Assembly (NCBI GenBank): GCA_963675595.2
Contig: CAXXLZ010000002.1
Coordinates: forward strand, 1,408,001-1,472,000
DNA: 64,000 bases
Reading direction: 5' to 3'
DNA from: Thermodesulfobacteriota bacterium
GTDB lineage: Bacteria > Desulfobacterota > Desulfarculia > JACQYL01
The position numbers were made by a program, and so were the translations under genes. The stretch's first letter is position 1. Each line of letters opens with the position of its first letter. The notes below the pieces were generated by a model that worked only from the letters and a program-made list of their open reading frames with translations, was not told the origin of the DNA and did not search any database. This document shows positions 29,258 to 39,939 of the stretch, piece after piece.

Positions 29258-29867
29258 TCTTTCCCAAGTCCTCTTTCCAGACGGGAGCGGCGCGTCCCGC
29301 CGACGGGACAAAGGACTCCTTCCTAAAAGCATGTCCCCAATAGTACGACGGCACGCCCGGAGCCTGGATCCCGGGTAACCTTCCGCCGATCCCTGGAAAA
29401 GATTCCTCCCGGTGTGCGGTGCCGGTAAAAAGTGACCATTCACGGGGGCGAATTGGGTTGGTTATTCATTTTCGGCGTGCCTTACATCTCCTAAGTCGGC
29501 TAAAGAGCTCCATAGTCCGGCTCCGTCGAGTGCCGCCGGGGTGAAGCCCGTATAAGGCGGTCCGGGGAAGACTGGGTCCCCCGGCGACACTGTGAGTGAA
29601 TACGGTAATAGATCTTTATCCGAATGATTTCCGGAAACGGAGTACGGTCACATTTTCAAAACGCCGTGCGGTAAACGGTTTCTTGAAGAAATCATTTCGA
29701 CCCAATATGATGCACCAATTCCAAGGCATGGGCAGGAGTGGTCCGAATCGGGAACCTCGCCGTTCTTTCATCCGAACGCTTCAGGTCGCCGTGCCGATCC
29801 CGCTTCAAGGCACTGAAAGGAGGCGCGGGAGCAGACTCCTTCGGAGCGTCTATTCCGCGAACGATGA

Positions 29868-31181
29868 TTGAAAATCCCTGAACGTTCCTTCTTCACCATG
29901 GTGCTCTGCGCCATGGGCGTCATGCTGTCGCCCCCCTCCCTGGAAATCCTCGGAAGCATCGTGGGCGAAACGGGCTTCCTTTTTCCCGTCATCTTATGCG
30001 GAGGAGCACTGGTCCACCGCACCCTCTCCTCCTTTTTGAAAGGAAGGGGGGATACCTCCCGGCCGACGCTTGAGACGCAAAGCCTTCTCGCCCGTCTCGG
30101 TCCACACCTGACCGCCACACTGCTCCTGGGATCCAGACCCGCCTTTGCACTGTTCGGTTCCGCCCTGATTCTGGCCGTGGCCGGACATGCGTTCAACGAG
30201 GTCTTCCCCTCACGGTTGCCCGGGCCGGTGGTTCCTCTCGTGCTGCTCGGCCTGATCGCACTCTGTAATATCGTCTCTCCGATGCTTTCCAGAAGAATAC
30301 AGGTCTGCTCGGGCGCAACGGTTATCGCTTGTCTCACCGCGCTCAGCGTGGCGGCATTGCTCCACCCCTCCCCACCTTTCGCCGGGGATATCCTTCCTTT
30401 TGAGCCATGGGATCGGCTCAGGCATGTGTTTCTCGGAGCCGTCTTGTTTGTGGGGTATGATCTGTTCTTCTTCGGGCCCGCTCAGCCTTATTCCGCTTAT
30501 CCCTACCGGCTGTTGCACCGGTCGGTCACGACGGCGGCGGTGCTGTTTCTGCTCTGGGGATTCGCCGCCTTTTTGCAGGTCACCCCCGTCCGATCCGCCT
30601 CCGGCGCGGTTCCCTATTTCACGGCCGCACGGATCGTTTGGGGAGAAACCGGGCGGATACTCTTGGGCACGGCGATTCTGGCCGGTTCCGTGGCCGCGGT
30701 GAACCTGCTCATCAGTTCCGCCTCCTCGATGCTCGTTCACCTGAGCCGGGCAGGAATGCTGCCTTCCTGGTTTGATCCGGCCCATCGTCGCCCCACCCGA
30801 GTACTCCTATTGCTCGTTTCGGCCACCGGCGCCCTACTGGCTTCAGGCGTGGCCGAGCAGCCCGTGACGGAAGCCTTCGCCCGATGCGCCCTGTATTTCT
30901 GGCTGCTGCTCTACGGAGCGTCACGTGTGGTGCACTGGAACCGAGAGAGAAACAAGCCGTTTCTCCCTCCCCGGCCTCTTCCCTCTGCCTGGAAATACGC
31001 GACGAATGCCGTTTTCGCGGCCGCGGTGGTGCTGACGGTAACGGACCCGGACCCGGTGTCGGTCCTCGGCTTCGCTTTGGGTATGGTCGTGTTGGGAAAA
31101 GGGGTGTCCCTGTCTTCGGACCGCACGGGAATCGAGGCTCAGAAACAAGCGAAACCGAGCCCGGCCGGCAAAAGACCCTGA
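29868..31181 (+). CDS. APC-superfamily permease-like membrane protein (divergent)
   Basis: About 11-12 hydrophobic segments; LFVGYD and SSMLVHLSRAGMLPSWF resemble APC motifs. Confidence 0.6.
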   Translation: MKIPERSFFTMVLCAMGVMLSPPSLEILGSIVGETGFLFPVILCGGALVHRTLSSFLKGRGDTSRPTLETQSLLARLGPHLTATLLLGSRPAFALFGSALILAVAGHAFNEVFPSRLPGPVVPLVLLGLIALCNIVSPMLSRRIQVCSGATVIACLTALSVAALLHPSPPFAGDILPFEPWDRLRHVFLGAVLFVGYDLFFFGPAQPYSAYPYRLLHRSVTTAAVLFLLWGFAAFLQVTPVRSASGAVPYFTAARIVWGETGRILLGTAILAGSVAAVNLLISSASSMLVHLSRAGMLPSWFDPAHRRPTRVLLLLVSATGALLASGVAEQPVTEAFARCALYFWLLLYGASRVVHWNRERNKPFLPPRPLPSAWKYATNAVFAAAVVLTVTDPDPVSVLGFALGMVVLGKGVSLSSDRTGIEAQKQAKPSPAGKRP

Positions 31182-31277
31182 ATCCGGCGGGCCGTGAACC
31201 GGCTTACGTACGGCCGAGAGCAAGCGCCTGAAACCGTGAAACTCGGGCTCGTCATTTCTGAAACAACATGATGAGCA

Positions 31278-31317
31278 TTCACGGGGGAGGACTTTCGGGA
31301 AAGTCCTCCCCCGTGAA
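31278..31317. repeat. REP-like perfect palindrome, copy 1
   Basis: TTCACGGGGGAGGACTTTC-gg-GAAAGTCCTCCCCCGTGAA. Confidence 0.85.
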
Positions 31318-31478
31318 CGATTAAAGAATATCTTGGCGGAAACCCGATTCCGGAGCACGAATCCACGTCCGGTTTTCGACCATAAAACTATCTGTACAAT
31401 ATTCTTTCCGTATAACTGCCGCGGCGATGGAACACGGAGACGGAACCGCCAAGCGCACGCTTTGCCGTCCCCTAAGCT

Positions 31479-31910
31479 TCACTTCCTCGAATAAAGACCG
31501 ATGAATTCCGCTCGTTCCAAGATGTGCCCTTCCATGGCCTTTTCGAGTTCTTTCTTGGTGACGCCCGCTTTGAGTCCAAGCTTGCGGTCCAGGGCATACA
31601 ATTTGAAAAAGTAGCGATGCGTGCCCGAAGGGGGGCACGGACCGCCGTAATTCTCCCGCCGGAAATCGTTGACTCCCTGTGTCCCGGGAATCGAGCCCTC
31701 GGCGATTCGATTCGTCGCCGGAATGTCGAACAGCACCCAATGGACCCAGGTTTTGGACGGAGCGTCCGGGTCATCCACAATCAAAGTCAGGCTCTGGGCG
31801 GCTTTCGGTATTCCTTCGATAACGAGCTCGGGGCTCACGTCCGCCCCGTCGCAGGTGAACTTCTTGGGAATGGACTGATTGTGACCGAAATCGGGACTAT
31901 GCAATTTCAT
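31479..31910 (-). CDS. YbhB/YbcL (PEBP/Raf kinase inhibitor-like) protein
   Basis: IPKKFTCDG, DDPDAP, WVHWV, YGGPCPPSGTHRYFFKLYALD; AGGAGG RBS. Confidence 0.93.
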   Translation of the reverse strand: MKLHSPDFGHNQSIPKKFTCDGADVSPELVIEGIPKAAQSLTLIVDDPDAPSKTWVHWVLFDIPATNRIAEGSIPGTQGVNDFRRENYGGPCPPSGTHRYFFKLYALDRKLGLKAGVTKKELEKAMEGHILERAEFIGLYSRK

Positions 31911-32279
31911 GGTCACGCCTCCTTTTCTCGATTGGAATGTCTCACATTCGCCCCCGGCGGCCTCCTGCCCGACCGAGAACACCCATTTGTGAGCCTATCC
32001 TTGAAACTTCGGGCCGGCAATCGGGTGAACGGTGTACTTGCCCGAGCCTTTCCGGACTTCATCCGGGTTTGGCAGTCGTCTTCCGCTTCTGTATAATCCT
32101 TGGTGTTATCCTTCGGTCGGCACCCCGGCACCGGGGGCCACGGCCGAGGCGCCGCGTCCATGCTTCGAACGAGTCGGGGTGTGGAGCGTATTCTCAACAG
32201 CGCCGCCACGATTGCGTGCTTATGCAAACACCCTCGAAAGACTTGGCTCTTAACTCTTTGTAAGTTGGAGGATCGCGCG

Positions 32280-32699
32280 ATGAAGAAGCTGTTGCTCATG
32301 ATCGGCATTGTCTGCCTTACCCTGTCAATGAGCTTGCCGGCCGCCAAAGCCCAGGGAATGGGAAAGGGACAAGGTCCCGGAAAAGGCGCCCCCGCCAAGG
32401 GCTGGTACTGCCCCTGGGCTTATGGAGCCTCACAAGATCGCGGCTGGATTTGTCCTTGGGGCGGCACCGGAGACATCAAACCTCCCGAATCCATCCAGCA
32501 GGGAAAGCCGTTGACTGAAGGAGAGGCCCGGTCCCTGGTGACGCAAAGTCTCAAGTCCACCAACAACCCGAATTTGAAAGTGGGGAAGATTTCCGATGAA
32601 GGCGAGTTCTTTCTCGCGGAAGTGATCACCAAGGAAGGGTCTCTGGTGGACAAGGTCCAGGTGGGCAAAATGACGGGTTGGTTACGCTCCATTTACTAA
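32280..32699 (+). CDS. Secreted PepSY-like hypothetical protein
   Basis: GGAGG RBS, signal peptide, Gly-rich linker with two GWxCPW motifs, C-terminal LKVGKI...EVITKEGSLVDKVQV..TGW. Confidence 0.75.
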   Translation: MKKLLLMIGIVCLTLSMSLPAAKAQGMGKGQGPGKGAPAKGWYCPWAYGASQDRGWICPWGGTGDIKPPESIQQGKPLTEGEARSLVTQSLKSTNNPNLKVGKISDEGEFFLAEVITKEGSLVDKVQVGKMTGWLRSIY

Positions 32700-32810
32700 G
32701 CCCAAACAGGGCGCGCCCGGGGCGGGGTTTCGCCCCGGAGACGCCCGTCCGGGCCGACGCCCCGGCATCGGGCTCGCTGAACGGCCGATCGGGTCCTACC
32801 AAAAGGAGAA

Positions 32811-33893
32811 TCAACCGCCCGTCGGTTCTCGGAGCGTTATCGCTTTCTCCGGGCAGACTTCCTGGCAGCAGAAACAGGTGATGCAGACTTCCGGATCGGC
32901 TTCCGGGCACCCGCCGTCCATGGAGAGAGCGGAAACGGGACACTGCTCCACGCAGGTGCCGCAAAGCGTGCACAACTCCGGGTCCACCTTGGGCCGAAGC
33001 AACGTTCGGGAGTGCATCATGTCTTGAATGGCCGGGTTCCCCAGGATCGCCTCCCCGCCCAAAGGGGGAATCTTGAAATCCGGGATGACGGTCAGTTCAC
33101 CGATGATCTCAATGCGATCGGCCTCGAAATCCCCGAGTCCGAGTTCCTTTGCCCTCTGCAGGTAGCGCAGCTTAGCCGGTTCCAGTCCCATCATCCGACA
33201 CACCACGGCGTCCAGGGCCACGGCATTGTCCGAGGCCAGAATCCTGCCGATATGACGCAGGTCCGGAGAGGCGGGCCCGTTGCCTTCCATGCCCACCACC
33301 GCGTCCATGATCACCAGGTCGGGCGGTCGAAGTTTGAACACGTCCGCCACTATTTCATGAAAACGTTCGGGCCCGCCGGCCTTCCGATGCAGCATGGCCT
33401 TTTGTGCGCCCATGAGAATGCCGTAACTGTTCTTCACCGCCCCCGTAACCACCGTAAGGCCGTGAGTCTTGAACTTGGGAAGGGAAATGAAAACGTCGGC
33501 CTCCATGATGGCCTTGGAGACACTCACACGAGAAGCATAGTCGTCTCGAAAAGGCACCTCCGCAGCTTCGTTTCCGATGTTGCGGTAGTATCCTCGGGAG
33601 GCATCCAACAATCCGGTTTGACGGAAACTGGCCTCGTTGGCCCCGTAACTGAAAATACCGGTGTTGTCGCCCACGATGATTTGCGCCGGATTCATGGTTT
33701 CGACTCGTTCCACCACGGCTTCCAGTAAAGCGGGATGAGTGACGATGCCCTCCTGCGCGTTGGATTGCCGCAGCACGTTGGGTTTGATCATGACTTTCCG
33801 GCCTTCCAACGCCGTGGGAAACAGTCGAAAGGCCTCTTCCACCGCCTCCCTGCAGGAATCATATTCCGCGGGGTGGATGAGAACACGTTGCAT
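32811..33893 (-). CDS. DUF362 domain protein with 2x[4Fe-4S] ferredoxin
   Basis: VMIKPNVL, VTHP, LPKFKTH, DAVVGMEGNGP; CTLCGTCVEQCP and CITCFCCQEVCP. Confidence 0.9.
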   Translation of the reverse strand: MQRVLIHPAEYDSCREAVEEAFRLFPTALEGRKVMIKPNVLRQSNAQEGIVTHPALLEAVVERVETMNPAQIIVGDNTGIFSYGANEASFRQTGLLDASRGYYRNIGNEAAEVPFRDDYASRVSVSKAIMEADVFISLPKFKTHGLTVVTGAVKNSYGILMGAQKAMLHRKAGGPERFHEIVADVFKLRPPDLVIMDAVVGMEGNGPASPDLRHIGRILASDNAVALDAVVCRMMGLEPAKLRYLQRAKELGLGDFEADRIEIIGELTVIPDFKIPPLGGEAILGNPAIQDMMHSRTLLRPKVDPELCTLCGTCVEQCPVSALSMDGGCPEADPEVCITCFCCQEVCPEKAITLREPTGG

Positions 33894-34385
33894 GAGGTAC
33901 TCCTGTGTGATGGGTATTCCACCGGGAAACGTTCGCCGATCTTCCAACCCGCGGAGTTTCCCGATCAAGCTCCGAAATCGTATCCAATCGCAGCGAGAAC
34001 CGGATTCGCTTCAGACCGGATTGAATCACTGACTCTAAACTCGAGTCCGATGCATTGCCTGTAGATTTTCTCATGGGATATCAAAACGATCAAGGCGTCC
34101 CTGTTCCACGCTTTCCCGCCGCGTCCTCCTCGGGGATCGCTGAAAATCCATTAAAACGATGCCGTTTTTCGATGGTTCGCTTCCATCGGCTTCGCGGATA
34201 TCGTGCGTGGCCGCCCGATGATCGGCGCATTACCGGCTCCGCCATTAGCTGGACAAAGCCGAACTTGGGAATATCTTCGCCGATTCGGCGGATGTAGGAA
34301 ACGTTGGGAGTTGGTGAGGAAACCTGATTTCTTCCCCAGGTTCTCCGCCGAAGGCGGTGGGGCCTGTCCAACGTGCTTTGGGAGT

Positions 34386-34419
34386 ACGGGGGAGGACTTT
34401 CCCGAAAGTCCTCCCCCGT
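34386..34419. repeat. REP-like perfect palindrome, copy 2
   Basis: ACGGGGGAGGACTTTC-cc-GAAAGTCCTCCCCCGT; same arms as copy 1, loop is the reverse complement. Confidence 0.85.
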
Positions 34420-34615
34420 GAACGCTTGGAACCATAGAATATCCACGCCGACAGATCCCGGAGTTTTCAAATACCAACGGACGCCTTGCGCGAAATGGAG
34501 GCGATGCGATCATCCGCCCCGAGTGGCAATCGACTTCTCCGGTTATTCAAGGATTGGGTTCCAGTGAAAAACGCGAAAAGGGCGCCGGCTTATCCCCATG
34601 GCCTTGAGGCCGCCG

Positions 34616-36103
34616 TCACTCGCCGCAACAGACTACGCAGTTCCTGCCCTTCCGCTTGGATTGATACAGAGCCTTGTCGGCATCCGCATAGAGGTCCTGG
34701 AGGCTCATCGTGTGATCTCGCCCATCGATGGACGCCACCCCCAGGCTGATGGTTACCTGAAATCTGTCTTCCGATCCGTCCGGATGCCTGTGGCGGATCC
34801 ACTCGGTCTCCAAGGTGCGACGCAGCCGGTCGGCCACCTGTGACGCGTGGGACATGGGGGCTCCCATCAACAAGATGGCGAATTCCTCCCCGCCGATGCG
34901 ACAGAAGATGTCGTCTCGAATCTGTTTCTTAAGCACACGCGCCAGTGTTTCCAGGCAGGTATCGCCGGCTGGGTGACCATACGTGTCGTTGATCCGCTTG
35001 AAGTGATCAATATCGAACAGAATTAGCGACAGAGGCCGTGACTCATTGGTACTATCGGCAGTTTCCCGACAGATGCTCCACAAATCACTCGCCGCCTCGT
35101 TGTACTGCTTGCGGTTACCCAAACCGGTGAGAGAGTCGGTGCGACTCAGAGCACTTTCGGATTCATAAGCCTGCTTCAGTTGTCGTTCCGCCTGCTTTCT
35201 GTGATCGATGTCCGTGACGACCCCGACATATTCCTGAGAACACCCGTCCGGACCGATTATCTGAGTGACGCTGGCCTCCGCCCAGAACACCGTCCCGTCC
35301 TTCCGAACATATCGTTTCTCAATGGTATAGGATTGCACGTCGTTCTTGGCGATCTTGCCCAGATTATCGCTGCTTCGGCCGCGGTCCTCGGCATAGGTGA
35401 TTTCGCCCAAAGTCCTTCCCACCAGTTCGCTTCGCTCGTACCCCATCATATCCGAGAACTTGGTGTTATGGCGGATGATCCTGCCTTCCGAATCCACGAG
35501 CGCCACACCGCTGGCCAGATGCGCGAACATCGCTTCGAGGTAGCCTTTGCTGCGCCGCAAGGCATCCTCCACCTGTTTACGACCGGTGACGTCGATGATC
35601 ACCCCCACAAGCCCTTCAAGTTCACCCGATTCATCGCGCACTCCGGTAACACAAGCCTCCGCCCAGAAGTCGGTCCCATCCTTCCGAACATATCGTTTTT
35701 CCACGGAGTAATGTTCGATTTCTCCCCGCTTGAGTCCTTCGATGCGCTCCATGCTCAAATCCACGTCTTCAGCATGGGTGAATTCCATCAACGGTCTTCC
35801 GATGATCTCTTCCGGTCTTCTCCTCAGCATGTCCGCAAATTTATCGTTCACTTGAGTAACAAGTCCCTGAACGTTAATCATGGCAATTCCTGCGGCCAGA
35901 TTGGATAGAAGTGCTCGAAATTCGGCCCGACTCTGGCGTAAGTCCTTTTCCAGGCGGTACGTGCCGGGGTTTCGGCGCAAACGATCCACTTCCGCTTCCA
36001 GTTCCGCAATCCGCATCCGAAGCTCGTCGACCTCCGCCGCCGTCGGCTGCCCTACTTCAGGTTCCACGCTCCCGCCTCCCAACGTTTCGCTCAAACCACT
36101 CAA
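34616..36103 (-). CDS. PAS-PAS-GGDEF diguanylate cyclase
   Basis: Two similar PAS/PAC domains (EKRYVRKDGT.FWAEA.VT), DSLTGLGNR, GGEEF. Real start may be GTG 36067. Confidence 0.92.
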   Translation of the reverse strand: MSGLSETLGGGSVEPEVGQPTAAEVDELRMRIAELEAEVDRLRRNPGTYRLEKDLRQSRAEFRALLSNLAAGIAMINVQGLVTQVNDKFADMLRRRPEEIIGRPLMEFTHAEDVDLSMERIEGLKRGEIEHYSVEKRYVRKDGTDFWAEACVTGVRDESGELEGLVGVIIDVTGRKQVEDALRRSKGYLEAMFAHLASGVALVDSEGRIIRHNTKFSDMMGYERSELVGRTLGEITYAEDRGRSSDNLGKIAKNDVQSYTIEKRYVRKDGTVFWAEASVTQIIGPDGCSQEYVGVVTDIDHRKQAERQLKQAYESESALSRTDSLTGLGNRKQYNEAASDLWSICRETADSTNESRPLSLILFDIDHFKRINDTYGHPAGDTCLETLARVLKKQIRDDIFCRIGGEEFAILLMGAPMSHASQVADRLRRTLETEWIRHRHPDGSEDRFQVTISLGVASIDGRDHTMSLQDLYADADKALYQSKRKGRNCVVCCGE

Positions 36104-36219
36104 TCTTGAACCCTTCCGGGAAAACTCTCTGAAATCATTCGGTCACGAAAAGAAGATCATCTGCATTGGACGCTGTTCAACCTAAGCCGGACCTGCATGC
36201 TCAAACATCCGGCCGATCT

Positions 36220-37089
36220 TTATTGTAAGGGTCGAGCCCCGCCGGCTGCCAAGGGAATATAGCCTTCCTCTCGGATCATCTCCCCACCTCGCGGGCTTTC
36301 CAGGAATTGTAGATACTTGCGAACGGGCTCCGGGGGCGACTCCACGGTGAGCATCAACAACGTTCTCGAAATAGGATATTCCCCCCGAAGCACGTTGTCT
36401 TCCGAAGCTTCCACCCCCCCTACGCTCAGAGGCTTCACCGAATCGTTCACGTAACCCAGACTCACATAGCCCAAAGCGAAAGGGTTCTTTGCCACGAAAT
36501 CCACCATGGCGCCGTTGGAGGCGAGCACCACCGTCCCGGGAAACTGATTTTGACCGTCCAGAACGACTTCACGCCATACGTCATAAGTGCCGGAACTCGA
36601 ATCCCGTCCCGCTGCCGCAATGGCATTGTCAAGGCCTCCCACGGACTTCCAACGAAGCCTCTCTCCACGATAAACGGCACGAAGACCGGGGATATCCAGG
36701 TCTTCAACCGGATTATCGGGATGGACGATGGGAACCACGCTGTCCATGGCCACTCGGTGCACTACAAGGCGCACATTTCGCTCGACCGCAAGGTCTTCCT
36801 CTTTTGAGGTGAGAGCACGCGAAAGCATGGCAATGTCGCAGGTTCCGTCCATAATGGCCTTCACCCCGTTCCTGCTGCCCGCTCCGGATATGCTGATCGC
36901 CACGTCGGTTCCGGTCTTCTGAAAGGCTTCGGCGACCCTCTGGGCAAGCGGCAAAATGCTCGAAGAGCCTTTGATTACGACTCTGGATCCCGCATGAGTC
37001 CCGTGGAACAGATAGACGAGGACGGCAATGACCACTATGGCCGCAAACAGCCAAATGCTCTTGCCGACCTTTGGTTCAGCCGTTTTCAT
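36220..37089 (-). CDS. pstS: Phosphate-binding protein PstS family
   Basis: IKGSSSILP, GAGSRNG, DIAMLSR, RDSSSGT, YPISRTL. Confidence 0.88.
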   Translation of the reverse strand: MKTAEPKVGKSIWLFAAIVVIAVLVYLFHGTHAGSRVVIKGSSSILPLAQRVAEAFQKTGTDVAISISGAGSRNGVKAIMDGTCDIAMLSRALTSKEEDLAVERNVRLVVHRVAMDSVVPIVHPDNPVEDLDIPGLRAVYRGERLRWKSVGGLDNAIAAAGRDSSSGTYDVWREVVLDGQNQFPGTVVLASNGAMVDFVAKNPFALGYVSLGYVNDSVKPLSVGGVEASEDNVLRGEYPISRTLLMLTVESPPEPVRKYLQFLESPRGGEMIREEGYIPLAAGGARPLQ

Positions 37090-37195
37090 ACCGCTCTCCG
37101 GTACCGAGAGTCACAGCTCACGATTCCTCGATGGTCCGCCCGGAACCCCCTACGTCCCGTCCGAGACAACCGAACGAAACCATCCTCAATGATCC

Positions 37196-38863
37196 CTACT
37201 TCACTCCGGCCAGCCCTTGGGCGACATTGTAGCAATAATCTCCGATTTTCTCCAGGTTGGACAACAAATCGGTGAAGACCAATCCCGGATCTACCGCGCA
37301 GACCCCCCGACGCAACCGATCGATATGCCCCGCCCTCATTTGTTCGCGAAGCAAATCGATCTCGTCTTCGAGCTCTTTGGCCCGTTGGAGCATATCTCCC
37401 TCATACTCCAAAATCGAGTCCACCACCAGTGACAATATTTCCTCCGCTTTGCTGCGAATGAAGGCATAGTCGTCCAATGCTTCCCGCGATAGCTGAATAT
37501 TGTTCTCGATGACTTCCTCGACCAACTCGGCAATGTTCTGCACGGCATCGCCGGCTCGCTCCAAGTTGTTCGTCACCCGCATGAGAGAGGAGATTTCTCG
37601 GCTCTGTTCAGGAGTGATCGACGCTTGGCTCGCTCGAACCAGAAAAGCGAGTACTTCCTTCTGGTCGAGATCGATAGCCCGTTCCCTTTCACGCCATTTT
37701 CCAAGCTCTCTCTCGTCCAGAACCTCAAGTAGACTGGTCACACTCATGAAGGTCTTCCGAACTTCCAAGCCCATGCGATGAATTTCCTCTCGGGCCTGCT
37801 GAAGCGCAACCTCGGGTACTTCCACATACCTGAAGTCCAGGTATTTGAAATGGCCAGGGGCTTCGTCCTTCGGCGGCACCACACGCATCGCCATACGGAT
37901 AAGCACGGGCAACAGAGCCAAAAAGACAAGAGAATTCAACACATTAAATAAGGTATGCGCATTGGCGATGTAACGCGGCATCGAGGTATACAATCCCTCA
38001 TGCATCACTCCCGGGGCCTCCGCACCCAGCCAAGTGGAAGTCACATAAACGACCAGTTTGAGGAACAAGGGAAAAACCAAAACGATAAAAGCGGCACCGA
38101 ATACATTGAAAAAAGTGTGAACCCAGGCAACCCGCCGTGCGTTTCGGTTGGTCGTACCGATGGTGGCGAGCTGAGCCGTGACCGTGGTTCCGATGTTGTC
38201 TCCCAGAATTAGAGCAACGGAGCCCGACAGCCCGATCAGGCCTTGGCTCGCGAGAGCGATGGTTATACCCACCGTTGCGCTGGAACTCTGAATGACCACC
38301 GTCATGACGGTGCCCACCAGAACGCACAAGAGAATGCCTTTGAGATTTTCGGCATCGAACATGGTGAAAAATGAGATGAAGTCGGGATCGTGCTTGATGG
38401 GAGCGAATCCTCCCTTCATTGTGGACATGCCGTAAAATAAAAGCCCGAATCCGAGCAATACGTCGCCTACGGAACGCCAACGGACTTCCTTGGCGAAAAA
38501 CTTGAGCCCCGTCCCCAGTGCAACGGCGGGCAACGCATAGTCTGAGATATTAAATGCAATAAGCTGGGCGGTAATGGTGGTGCCCACGTTGGCCCCCAGG
38601 ACGACGCCGGCGGCTTGGGTCAGATTCATCAAACCGGCGTTTACAAAACCGACCAGCATCACCGTGGTGGCGCTCGAACTTTGAATGATCGCGGTCACCA
38701 ACGCCCCGACCGAAAAGGCAAGGCAACGATTATTGGATACAGCGGCCAGAATGCTTCGTAAGCGTTTCCCGGCAACTCTCTGAAGGCCCTCGCTCAACAT
38801 TTTCATGCCCAGCAGGAAGAGCCCCAGCCCCCCAAGTCCCTGGAACAAAATGATCTTCACCAT
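37196..38863 (-). CDS. Na/Pi cotransporter family protein with PhoU domains
   Basis: Two QSSSAT repeats, GANVGTT/GDNIGTT, C-terminal LERAGD and LEKIGD PhoU motifs. Confidence 0.93.
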   Translation of the reverse strand: MVKIILFQGLGGLGLFLLGMKMLSEGLQRVAGKRLRSILAAVSNNRCLAFSVGALVTAIIQSSSATTVMLVGFVNAGLMNLTQAAGVVLGANVGTTITAQLIAFNISDYALPAVALGTGLKFFAKEVRWRSVGDVLLGFGLLFYGMSTMKGGFAPIKHDPDFISFFTMFDAENLKGILLCVLVGTVMTVVIQSSSATVGITIALASQGLIGLSGSVALILGDNIGTTVTAQLATIGTTNRNARRVAWVHTFFNVFGAAFIVLVFPLFLKLVVYVTSTWLGAEAPGVMHEGLYTSMPRYIANAHTLFNVLNSLVFLALLPVLIRMAMRVVPPKDEAPGHFKYLDFRYVEVPEVALQQAREEIHRMGLEVRKTFMSVTSLLEVLDERELGKWRERERAIDLDQKEVLAFLVRASQASITPEQSREISSLMRVTNNLERAGDAVQNIAELVEEVIENNIQLSREALDDYAFIRSKAEEILSLVVDSILEYEGDMLQRAKELEDEIDLLREQMRAGHIDRLRRGVCAVDPGLVFTDLLSNLEKIGDYCYNVAQGLAGVK

Positions 38864-39939
38864 TTGGCTTCACCGGAAGAAAGAAGTTGGATTTTGCGGG
38901 AACGTTAGATCCGAAAAAAAGCTCGCGCCCCCTGCAGGCCGCTGGATCAGGCTTTCGGGGAAACCCGCAGGTTTCCAGCAGAGGTCGGGAGACTCCCGAG
39001 ATTGAAGAGGCCGCCGAAATCCGGATCGTAACCTCAGCCCGTCGGCGTGCTTCCGGGCTCCGTTGGAGGCAAACCCTACGAGCCCGGAGACGGAGAAAGA
39101 ACGGCTCCCACCTGTTAGCGGCTGTTGCGGATTTATGACGAAAGTATTGAAAGTCGTAACTTACTTGCCATCACTCGGCCCAAGTTTCAACCCCGAATGA
39201 GGTTTCGTGTCGGAAAGGTTTCGCCGGAAGGAGCGGGAAGAGCACGAAAAGCCGCACGAGGAACCTTGTGACGCACATTTTGAGTTGACGCCCCATAGGG
39301 GGGTTTGGAAATACACCGGCGCTTTTTCGACTAGTCGTAAGCCGTGAGCAATTTGATTGCGCGCATAGTGAAGGAATACGGCCGGCAGTCCGACCCTACC
39401 GGACCGGGGAAATGGAAGCGCGGTGGGGGAAAGGGGGGGATATTCACGAAATCCGATGAATCGAGCCTTTTGGACCACAGAGAGAAAAATCGTGGACGGG
39501 TAAGGAAGGAATGAAGATCAGTGGAATCGTGCTGCGTTTCCCTCGCCCGAAACCCATGATAACCCCGACAGATCACTTCTCTAAGCCCGGAAAAGCCGAA
39601 TGACGTCCTCGAATATCCTGCCCGGGAACCGGATTTGTAGGCTTCAATTCTTTTCTTCCATTAACAATCACGGAGGTTAAAGATGATTTTGAATTCAAAG
39701 TTTCGATACTTGATTCCCGCCGTTGATTCGCCGGTTCCGTTACCTTGCGAAAATGGTCTCACCAATCGTCTTCTCAAGAAGACCGGAAAATGGCAAAATG
39801 GTTACAAAACATGAAAAGCAAGTACGCCGCCGCTCCCCGCCCGGGAAGGGCCCGACGTGCCCGACCGATCGTCCGGGTGCCGCGCTCCTCACTTCTCTGA
39901 GGCGCGGCCGAAACTCTCACCTATTTCCGGAGACCCGAC

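Noticed and set aside
35270-35710. Nucleotide direct repeats (GCCCAGAA...CCTTCCGAACATATCGTTT) about 380 bp apart
   Set aside because: Explained by tandem PAS-domain duplication inside the cyclase; not CRISPR or a DGR template/variable repeat (no reverse transcriptase in the window).
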